The position numbers and the translations under genes are program-made. A stretch of DNA of 64,000 nt, taken from positions 20,770,001-20,834,000 of the forward strand of contig CM060732.1 in NCBI GenBank assembly GCA_030704615.1. Reading direction: 5' to 3'. The DNA is from Takakia lepidozioides. Lineage: Eukaryota; Plantae; Bryophyta. A model generated the notes under the pieces. It ran no database searches, was not told the origin of the DNA, and was given only the letters and a program-made list of their open reading frames with translations. Positions 1-10,277 of the stretch are shown here, piece by piece (the stretch's first letter is position 1; the number at the start of each line of letters is the position of its first letter).

Positions 1-430
1 TTGCTCTCCACGAGAGATGCCTGCAAGTTTGTGGTCTCCGTTCGCAGGTTCTCCATGTCATTGTCTCGGGCTGCAAGCAACTGCTGTAGTGTCTCCTCGG
101 AGATGAATCAAAGAAAGAAAAAGAAACATCACATCTCTGGGAGACCAAGGGCCCAAGGTCCTTGCAATGTTGTGGGTGGAAGCGAGACATTCAACACGCT
201 ACATTGAGGCCTAACAGAAGCTTTGGTTATTACAGCTCTAGCTACAGGCAGTCATGGCGCACTATGCGAGCTGCCAGCCTGTAGGGATGTCATCATTCCA
301 TTGAATTCGAGAATATGATTCTCTTGAGCATGGTTAGTGGGGATTAGTTGGGTACGTTTTAACCCAATCCACTCATCGCTTACAATCTATAGTAGTGAGG
401 GCTGTTGAATGAGTGGAATGTGCATGGCAG

Positions 431-2076
431 TTCAAGAGCTTGAAGACGCCCCAGGACTTGCCACCAACTCCATTGGTGGAAACAGCACCATCTGTGCTTC
501 CGGACGATCCTGTGTGGAAGATCACTGACCCTGCTGTTGCCCTTGGCCTACTTGAGGTGAGTGCTCTCTTTCGCTTCTGCACACTCAGGCTAGCTTCTCA
601 TTGGAAGACAGTTTTACAGCAGAAGTGATGCTCAATTTTCGTTTTGGTGGCTCTGTATGATGTGCAGAGAGAGCTAGAAGTGTCGCAAACCCACCCTGAT
701 GGTGGTAAGCAGAAGCTTGAGCGCCTCTTGCAAAGAGAAGTGGAACAACAACAGCTGCAAACCCGTCTCAGGAAGTCATTACTGTGCAACCTTGCCAAGC
801 GAGTGATAAACACGGTTGTTGACCCAATGCCTGCCCCCGCTGCAGTCCAGGTACTATAATCAGTATATGTATATTTGTTTCTGTTCAAAGTGCTAGAATG
901 TACCCTTCTCTTACAGAAGTAAATTGTCTCAGCTCGTGTGGCAAGGGACACACATGAATTGTGCTTGCAGGAGGCACTACTTCAGATTCAGGAGGCACTA
1001 CATTGTTCTCTGATGCTAACAATTTAGGAACAGCGTGTCGATACACGGCGTGTCCAAGAAACTAGAGAAGATGTTTTTTGTAATGTCTGCAGATCCAACT
1101 TATCAAGGTCTGCAGGAGTGACCAAAATCAAAATTGTCTTTGTAACAATGTGTCCTCAGGTGCCACGAGAGATACCGCTGTTTCCTTGCACAACATCCAG
1201 AGTGGATGATCGGTCTGCAGGCTCGTTCAATAGCCTCCCCTATGAGTCAGGGAGTGCTGAAACGACTGAAGAAAACCCAGAAGGAGCGGAATGGCAACGT
1301 GAGTGGGAGCAAATGAGGGGTTCCACAGATTCAGATATCTCACAGGAACAGGGAAGGCCAGCTGGCACTGATTCAATCCCAGTGTTAGGGAGGGATACGG
1401 CATATGGAGGAGTTGGGGGAGGGGAAAGCGAGCCAGCCCTCAAACGGCCACGAAAGATGACCATCAGGCACGTACATGAATTGAGTCAGATTGTACTTTT
1501 CAGTTGCTCTTATTAATTGTCACCTCTCATTCGCCTTGCCAGGATGCCTCTAGGGTGTTATATGTTCCCACCTTACAAAACATCCTCAATTTCTTCCATA
1601 GTTAGTGACCTTATGTGTTGGATGTCATTGCTGTATTATGTCAGATATGTTTTGAAGAAATGCTGAATTTTGACGGATGCTGGATTGTGCTTTATCTTCC
1701 TTGTTCTAGGGCTGTCTCATTCTGATGGTCCAGGATATTTGACGAAGTGGCGGAAGGTCATTTAGCTTGAAGTAGTTACTTCCTGCACTTCCTGCACAGC
1801 ATTGCATACTGCAAGTGCTCAAATGACTGCTGGTACTGATGCAGTGTACATCCTTTGCTCTTGTTACCCTCTGGCAGACAAGGATCACTATGTATTGAGC
1901 TAGAGCGAGGTCCTGTTGTCGAAGTTAATACAAGTAGTCATGCGGTGCGGACGAGTGTTGAACAAGGAAGGGCCAAGCCTGTGAACAACTATGTGGGACT
2001 AAGAGGTCAAACAGCTAATGGAAGTGGGCCCGAGAGTAGGTTGCTAAGGCCAAGGCCTGACACGGAAGGCCATTAA
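431..2076 (+). CDS. 3' part of an unidentified spliced gene (candidate exons 431-556, 668-850, 1160-1467, 1878-2076); 5' end not resolved
   Basis: AG/GT-bounded, phase-compatible open exons (126 nt and 183 nt in phase 0; a GC donor at 1468 keeps the frame into the last exon ending TAA at 2076). The low-complexity product (…ESEPALKRPRK…) has no recognisable domain. Confidence 0.4.
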
Positions 2077-4292
2077 CCTGAAGTCGGGTTTACTTGCGTG
2101 CCATTTGTATCCTATTGATATCAATGTCCACAATTTTATTGTACATTACAGCATTCTTTCAGAGGCAAATATACTCGCGTAATGTGGAATATCTGGCTTC
2201 CCATCTTATGAAGTGGAGTCATGTGTATGATTCTGGATTTGTTTGTGGCTGGGCATATGGGCACAGGACACCCAGGTTTTTTGGCATCACAGTAAACCAA
2301 CGAGTGCATTTTCTTTGGGGTGCAGGATTTTGGGCCTCCTTTCTTGTTTATGGCAATTCAGAAGCCAAAGATTTTACTGAATGTAGGAAATGTCAGTTCA
2401 TAACTCTCTTCCTCACAAGTCTGGTTCATTAAACTAGGAACTGAAGGCCCCATAACCGCAACCAACTAATCTGCTTGCTTGGAAACGCAAGACCTCCAAT
2501 CTCTTGTCACAGACCATTGATGTCCTTTGAAGATCAGACCATCCCCAGAAAGTCGCTTTGATCTCGCAAAATGTTTCTAGTTTCTAGTTTCTACCTGATG
2601 GGTAGTCTCATCTGTTCTTGAAAAAGAAATGCAGGGCATTGGCTTAATCCTCAGTGCCCAATCTGGAGGAGAATCAATTTCTTTTCCAGAAGAAAATCTT
2701 CCATCAATTTGTGGTTATGCGAGCCGGCCAGAAGTGGACCTCTTTTAATCACAAAAGTGGACCTCTTTTAAAACAAACTGTGGAGTCGATTGGTACCCAC
2801 ATCAAATTTGTCAATGACGTAATTGCAGGTTTGTTGGATGCAGCACATGGTGTGTAGACCATAGACCACCGTGGGAATGGTCAAGAATGTGGGACTGGGC
2901 TTGCCTATATCTTCCTATATGTACATGGACACATCACACCTTTGGTTTGTACAACATCCATTACCTCTGAGTGGAAGACAAACCCACTCAAATATGATGG
3001 GTACTTCAGAGTACTATTTGCTATGTTATAAAGGCAATTGAATCCATAAATACCGTGCAGTAGCCTCAGCCATGGGCTTGACTCCAGCCAAATCTGACTG
3101 ATGATCCCAGACTTCCCATCAAACATGAGGGGAATGTGGGCTACCAATCTCCCACCCATTATGAGCTTGATCTGACTTTCACAAGAGTTGTGACTTGTCA
3201 CCCATTTCCTGCACACAATAATAACTGCTGCAGCATCCTTTTCAACGGTACAAACTGCCCTGCACTCAAGCATAAAGTGCACCTCCTAATACATACCTAC
3301 ATATTACATACCCCTCTCTCTCTCTCTCTCCTTCCTTTTGGTCTTCCTCCCTCTCCCAGTCCCGCACCTGCAATCACGTATCGGTCAGTGTCTGGCACAC
3401 GAGAGAGTCAAGGGAGTGAAGAAGAAGATGGAGATGGCGTCAGACAAGGTAGGTGAAAGGTGCAGACTGGGCGCCATCGCCATGGCTCAGACCTGCACGT
3501 TGCCCGCCTGCCTGCGTGCCAGGATGCTCCGTCGCGCACACACACCCCTGCATGCCTGCCACACACCCCCTTCACACTCCTGCCATCTCTCTCCCTCACC
3601 TTCTCCAGTCGAGGCCTTCCGTGGATGAATTCCGCCCATACGGATGAACGTTCGGCTGGCATTTGAACAGAAGTTCCGCGGGCTGACCGGTGAAGGCGGT
3701 CGCCGAGAAGCCAAATCTAGGGGGCAGCGCATTTATAGGTGTCGGCCACCAACCCCTGTCGTGCTTCTGCCCGGACTACAATTTATGCTGCCCCTGCAGT
3801 GCATGGCCTGCATGGTTGATATGTATGTATGTATGTAGACATGGGTCGCTCTGTACGGAATGTGTTCTGTGGACCGAGGCAGCTAGTTTTGACAATTAGG
3901 TAGGTAGTAAAAACGTAAAAACAGCTCTGGAGTATGTACCTACCTAGGTACTTTGTTTGGTCAGCTGGGTTGTTTGTTATTTTCAATGTTTTTATGGCCT
4001 TGGGGGTAGGCATCATTCTGACCTATCACCCACACTCTCGGTTAACAAACCAACTAATTCAAGACACGTGTAGATGGAATATTTCATCCATTTATTGACG
4101 AAATATGTAAACAGGATGTAGTTCATATGGTCAACGGACTAGACAAATGACTGTCCAGTAACACAAAGGATAACAATTGCAAAAAAGAATGGCAGATGCA
4201 AGAGGCAGGACATTGATTGATTGTTTCATACTACCAAGAGGGCAGTGCTTGCATGTATTCCATGCATTTGTTGTTATACAGATTCATCTTAG

Positions 4293-4359
4293 AATCCAAC
4301 ATCTTCAGGGCCTCTGACGGTCCCCTGTTCGGTATAAGAAAAAAAAAAAAATCCAACAT
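4293..4359 (+). mobile_element. Tiny 5'-truncated retroposed insertion with poly(A) tail and 10-bp TSD
   Basis: AATCCAACAT at 4293-4302 and 4350-4359 flanks ~36 nt of unique sequence plus an A-tract. Confidence 0.6.
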
Positions 4360-4365
4360 TTACAT

Positions 4366-4407
4366 TGAAAGAGGATATTTTCTCCTCACTATAAATAAGG
4401 GGCCCCG

Positions 4408-4443
<36 letters not shown>

Positions 4444-4470
4444 AAAGAAAAAAAAAGGTGCCTGATTTGT
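4366..4470 (+). mobile_element. 3' fragment of SINE family A interrupted by a poly(A) insertion
   Basis: TGAAAGAG…TTCTCCTCACTAT…TAAGGGGCC|TGATTTGT matches the SINE at 48325-48545. An A-rich insert is flanked by AAGGGGCC (4397-4404) and AAGGTGCC (4455-4462). Confidence 0.6.
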
Positions 4471-4772
4471 TTTCCCATGTACACCCGACCCCTCCAAAGA
4501 CGTCGTCATCGTTAGAATGGATTTGACCATGGCGGTAACTTAGTAGTTGACTTGGCGTCGGCCTATCCATGTAACCACCCATCTCCTAAGAAGGGAGGGG
4601 TTGATTAAGTTATGAAGGGAGGTTGGGTAGCGCCGTGAGCACAAGGGCATATTCCCCTAATTTTGCAATATTTTCATGAAAATTCCACAGCGAAATGAAA
4701 TTGGCGAAACTAACACATAAAGAACAAGTAGCCCTTATACCTACTGAACATGTTACCCTATAGGCGTGGCTT

Positions 4773-4915
4773 TTTCTCAATGCGAAACCCGTTGCTTAGG
4801 TTTGTGCCCATATCACATATCATTTCTCAATGCGAAATTCACCTAAACTATCATTTCTCACTGCGAAATGTAGTTGTGCCCATAGCACATATAATTTCTC
4901 AATGCGAAATTCACC
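4773..4915. repeat. Local direct repeats (42-bp unit x2; TTTCTCA(A/C)TGCGAAA core x4)
   Basis: TTGTGCCCATAnCACATATnATTTCTCAATGCGAAATTCACC at 4802-4843 and 4874-4915; the core also occurs at 4773 and ~4854. Confidence 0.75.
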
Positions 4916-6247
4916 GCCGCCGCTATAGGTTTAGGGTTTTGGCTACACTACTAAATGTTCGCCTCGCTGAATTGGCACAGATTTACCTTACAAATGCACC
5001 AAAAACTATACCCACTTATGGGTTTATCCCGTTTTGAAAACATATAACTCCTATGACCGAGGTTAAAGAACATAAAACTCCCATGACCGTGGGTTGTGCT
5101 CGCGTGAGCGTGGCTCACGTTATGCTCCCAGAAAAAAGCCATAAGAAGGAGAAAGGAGTGTCCACCAGAGTTGGGCGGTTATGTAATATTTTTTATAACC
5201 CCCTTCAGGTTCTCTCTTTATGACTGTCTTCTAGCCCGGAACCTCCGGTTTAGGTTATTTAGATTTTGAAGATTTTGAAGAACCACCGGAGCCAGTTATA
5301 AGTGTCTTTTCATGTCTTCTGGTTCTGAACATACCGGTTATTTGGCTACTTTCATATGCTGGTTAGCCAATCCGGTTCGGATATGTTATAAATCTAATAA
5401 CCGGGATAGAATTGCCAGTCCTTGTAACTGTTACAGTTAGAAGAGCCTGGGACTTAGATTTTTTCAAGCTTTCGCTGGCTCACCTTCCCCCTCTCTCTTT
5501 CTCCTCACAACTGCAGCCCCCCCCCGTGCAGCAGATCTCTTTCTCAATCAGTGAAGCCTGGACATCCATGGTCTCATGCGAGTCGCTTCACCAGGGTTGA
5601 TAACCCCACCCCCCAAACCTCACGTCTTAATCAAGTCAGTGTGCTTTCTAACCGTCCAGCCCCTAACCCTACTTTGTTGGCCAGCTGTAGGTTCATCCTA
5701 ATTAATCTTACATGTCGTCGCCGTCTCCTCTATCCCCCAAGTCGCATTCGCTTGGCGGCTCATAATATCAGCTGAGCTCTAGGACTGCAGTCCTGCCACC
5801 CTCCTCCCCTCCCCACGCTCTATCGCTTCTCACTCCCTCAATGAGCTCGAATTGTTCTCTCCCAATCATTATGGCAGCGCCCTCTGCCTGATTTGCTTCT
5901 CCGCCGCCCTCTGATTAAGCAGCGCCTTCAGAGTCTCTTTTCTTCCTGCTCCCCTCTTCATTCTTGTTAGGCCGTGTCGCTGCTGTAGCTTCCCCAACAA
6001 TGGTCCCGTCATTCTGATTAACATTCTGTTGTCAGCACCCCATCGGCGCCGCCCTCTCTCTTAAATTCCCGTCTTGTAGTCAGTATCAGGCCTTCCAATC
6101 TTCGCTGATCCCCCTGGTGCAAGCGCATAGCTCGTCCCTTTTGGTGTAGATATAAGGTGCCCTCGCTCCTCTCTCTCTCTCCCCCTCCGCTCTTCTCCTG
6201 ATCACCTCCTTCATAGTTTTTCATTGCAGTCTTTTTCTGCTGTCTCT

Positions 6248-8684
6248 ATGGCTTCCAGAGGAGCTCCCCGAAAGAAACGATCAGGATCAGGATTTGGAGT
6301 AAGCTCTAGAGGAAGAGGTTCCTGGGTACCTCACTCTTCTACCTCTACCCCGTCCTCTTCAATTTTAGGTAAAGGGCTCGAAGCTCTTGGCCCAAAGCCT
6401 TGCCAAGACTTAGCTCCGTGGATTGATTTTGTCGCTCCCGATGCTGACTCCCAGGAGGTGATTGCTCTGGACCTTGAATGTTTAAGAGCTCACTCTTCCA
6501 AGATGATGCAACACAGGATTTTGGTGCATTTCCCAGGTAGACCCAAAGACAAAGATTGGGCGAGAAAGTGGGTGACCGAGCATTTGGGGGCACGGGGAGG
6601 ATTGTCACACCACTTTTGCCACCCAATGGGTAGAGGATTTTACTCGCTTAAATTCGGCTCCAAGGAAGAGGCTGATCGCACGCTCGCTTTCAACACTCGC
6701 AAATCAAGGTTCAAGGTCAATATTTTCCCCTGGACGCCGGAGTGGGGCCACAAAGATGGAGAGACCTGGAAACCGCAAATAATCGCCTTCCGTTCCTTCC
6801 GAATAATTATTTGGCCTCTCTCCTAGAGATTGGTGCGCACTTCGGCTCTTATATCGGAAGCCTGAACGTCTTCGGCCCAATCGATGATGTCGTGTCGAGC
6901 GTTGATCAGGACCCCTCCATTTTCGACTCCAGCAAGGACTTGGGAATTCCCAAAATAGTGGTGTTGATGCCAGATTCTGCCAACATTGGAAGCGCAATTA
7001 AGCTGCCTACGCTTGATGGATCCTTCATTTCGGTCCAAATCAAAGAGGAGGTCTTAAGCATAATCTGCTATGGCTGCAATGGAGAAGGGCATGTGGTTGC
7101 AGACTGCCCCCGAAAAGGTGGAGCCCCAGGCTCAAGAGGCAATACCAGCCACCCATGCAAGGTGCCAAAGGGGAAATCGCAACTTAGTGCTCCAGAAGTA
7201 ATTCAGTCCCCATCGCGCTCAAGAGATGCCAGTGCAGCTGCGGCTTCGCTCCCCTCGGCTTCAGAAGGACGCACTGCCAAACGTAAAAGGACTGGCTCAC
7301 CCTCCATCTCCTCTCCGCCTCCACGACCGCGTCTCATTTTACTGCCGCAGGCTCAAGGAACCCCCCCCCCCCCCCGCACCACCCTCTTGCAGTTTTTGAT
7401 TTTTGTCCATACTCTTGCTCCCTTGAAGACCCGCATATCAATCTGGCCACAAGGTGCATGGAGCTCAGGTCATTCGAAAATCTTAAGCTCTGTGAATGGA
7501 CCCCCGAAAATGCAGTTAGGAGGAACTCGGCAGTGATCAAAATCACTCCTATCATCTACGCGCTCTTAGACGGCCCTAGCCAGCCCCCATCCATCATGCT
7601 AACCAATGGTTCTGAAGGGTTGGCAGGATCCTGGGTCACCACCCATCATGGCACTTACTACACAGACAACAAGGCGGTGGAGCTCTCTCTCAAACTGGTG
7701 GGCAACATGTTCGCAGAGGAAAATTTCCAGTTCCATCTCAACAACAACACCACGGTGCATTTCGGGGCTTTTTGGGAAAACACAACGGAATTTCACTCTG
7801 CCTCCACGGTGCACACTATGCTTGCCTTCCACTGGGAAGACATTGTATCTGACAAGCCGAAGTTCAAGCGCTATTCCTGGGCTACGCTGCAATCTCTAGA
7901 GGAGGGTTCCGAGGGCTAGTGTCTGCCAAACAGCAAGGAGGCTCCAGCGGGTACTTTTCCATCCTCTGGCGGATTTGCCAGAAGCATCAAAGTGCTGCGG
8001 GCAGGTTTCATTCTCGTCAACAAAATCCTCGGCCTGGAAGCACCTTCGCCTCTCTCACCTACTACCCGCAAGGCGGAGGAGGTGGGCTTCCAGCCATACG
8101 CTAGCGCTTCGAAATCGACGCGTAAGGGATCACCATCAGCTCCTTCGCCCTCAATTTTTGCAGCTCTACCTTCTCTGGTAAGACTAGCTTGCTACCCCCC
8201 CCCCCCCCCCTCTTGTATTTCGTTGTTTCCACCCCCGCATCCTAGGCAAGCTCCATGTTCTCCGCTCCTGAATGCCGCAAGTTCACCCTCCGTCTCCCAT
8301 TTTATCATCTGCTCATCTCCTGCTTCAAGAATGGGGCGTAAGGCTTCTCTGGCAGCAGGATGTAGACTTAGGTCTTCAGCATTCAGTCAGTCCTGCTCCC
8401 CTGCCTCCAGCAAACAACTCTATTTCTATGCATGTTGGGCCTCTACGATAGAAAGTCAGAGAGATATCATGAATTTTCGAGCTGTTGCCCTCCCTCCCGC
8501 CTCCCCCCTTGGATTCTGTCAGATCCCCACATTCTCCTCTCATGACATGGGGCAGATCTCCCCCCTTCTCTCCTCAGGGCTATCATTTCGAGAAGATCTC
8601 TCGAGCCCTCCCCTCTCATTAGATATAAATCCGATTTTGCAACCTGGGGAAGGCAAGGAGAGAAGACCGAACTGGGCCCTGCCA
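6248..8684 (+). pseudogene. LINE ORF1 (DUF4283/RRM-like + zinc knuckle + long C-terminal extension), disrupted
   Basis: MGRGFYSLKF…FPWTPEW (plant L1 ORF1 RRM-like region) and CYGCNGEGHVVADC CCHC knuckle. Frameshifts at ~6790 and in the C15 run (7361-7375); in-frame TAG at 7917-7919. Confidence 0.75.
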
Positions 8685-9821
8685 GTGGCTAGGTGCATGG
8701 TGTGTGACAGGGTGCGTGCTTCATTCAACGCCCCTACACCACAGTTGCATCTTTTACCAATCATGGGATTGGGCTACAGGTGGAGTCTTGACTTCGCAAG
8801 ACCGTTGCCACTGACTATGCGCCACCACAGATATGTGTTGGTGATGGTGGAGCACTTCTCCAAGTGGATTGAGTTGGTTCCATTGCCTGACAAGGCTAGT
8901 GAGGGGGCTGCGTATGCATTCTTGGATCGTGTGCTTAGCCGATTTGGTGCTCCAGCTGAGGTACTCACGAACCAAGGGAGAGAGTTCTTGGGGGAGTTTC
9001 AGGCTTTGTGTGATAAAGCCTTGATAGACCACCGCACCACTTCTCGGGATCATCCTGAGGCTGATGGCTTGGCAAAGAGAGTTGTTCAGACGGTGAAGAG
9101 GGGTTTGCGCAAGTATGGTTTGCAGAAGGGACACCTAGGAGATTGGGATCTTCAGGTTCTTTGGTTAGCCATGGGCTACAGGTTCAGCAAACAAGCATCA
9201 CTTGCCTCCTTCTCACCATATTTCCTTCTCTTTGGCCGAGAGCCGGATTTGCCTGTAGCCATTCGTAGGGACACTGCTCAAGTCCTTAACCTTGACGATC
9301 CGGACGTGTGGGTACGTGCATGTGATCAGCGTGCAGAGTTGTTCAAGAAAGTCATGCCCATGGCTTTTGAGAACCTTGCCATTGCACAACACCGTGATAC
9401 GTTGAGGTATGCCACTATACGTGGTGGAGGATATCGTCCTGGGGTTCGGAGGTTTAGCCCCGGTGACTATGTTTATTTGCAGCAGACTGCTCCTACAATT
9501 CTGGATGTTACTGCAGGGCGTGTTATTCTGAGGGTTCAAGAGGTGTTGCCCTCAGGAGTCCTGATCTTGGAGGGTCGGGATGACATGACTTGGAAAGACC
9601 ATGTGCGTAATTGTGCGTCATGTCACCTTCCCAATGTCGATAGCAGAGTTGACCCAAACTTGGCAGTGGTACCTGCAGGTTTGAGGTGCATGCTCTGTGG
9701 GTCTGTCAAAGGGGCAGCCACCATGCTGGTGTGTGATCGATGCTCAAGGGGTTGGCATATGAGATGCTTGACACCACCTCTTGAGAAGGTTCCTAACGGA
9801 GATTGATTGTGTCCACACTAC
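8685..9821 (+). pseudogene. Ty3/gypsy integrase fragment with C-terminal PHD finger (catalytically dead)
   Basis: CMVC (end of HHCC), WSLDF…VEHFSKW…RFGAP…LTNQG…HPEADGLAKR (DDE core with D>N at 8970 and E>K at 9075), SPYFLLFGREP, then C-x2-C…C-x2-C…H-x2-C…PPL…*LCPHY PHD finger. Confidence 0.9.
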
Positions 9822-10079
9822 TTGGGATAGTGGTAGTGGACATGACTGGAGGCAGCTAATAAGACATGGGAGGCCAAGCTCATAGGAGTCAATACATGAG
9901 ATCCCAAGCTCAAGTTCACAGGTTGCAAGACGACGACTAACGATGGGGCAACTCTTGCACCCGGCCTCTTGATCTATTGAGTTTGGGTGTAGTAGGGATA
10001 GTGGTAGAGGACTTAGTGAGGCTATGATCACTATCACAACTTGTGGCTACCTGGACTTAGAGGGACCTAAGCACCAGCT

Positions 10080-10273
10080 AGGGGGGCGATTGTGTGGACT
10101 AGTGACTGCCATAGTGGGCAGCATAGTGGCAGCCTAGTGACTGACTAGTTGTAGCCTAGTGGTTGGACTAGTGGCTGGACTAGTGGTGAACTAGTGATAT
10201 ACTAGTGTGTGGCGTGCACATGTGTTGTGTGGTTTTGGACAGCGATGTAGTTGTGTAGCGATATATATGCGCA
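10080..10273 (+). mobile_element. Polypurine tract and (probably truncated) 3' LTR of the PHD-integrase gypsy element
   Basis: AGGGGGG PPT at 10080-10086, TG start at 10091, repeated ACTAGTG motifs and a TATATAT box at ~10262. The sequence switches to the Tcn1-like integrase at ~10274. Confidence 0.65.
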
Positions 10274-10277
10274 CGAT

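Noticed and set aside
2400-3490. Possible minus-strand spliced gene
   Set aside because: Exon-like segments have stops in all frames and no recognisable motif, so no model can be supported.
7992-9806. Domesticated integrase-PHD host gene
   Set aside because: Catalytic D and E are mutated, the PHD is cut by a stop, it is followed by a PPT/LTR, and the N-terminal part is LINE-derived.
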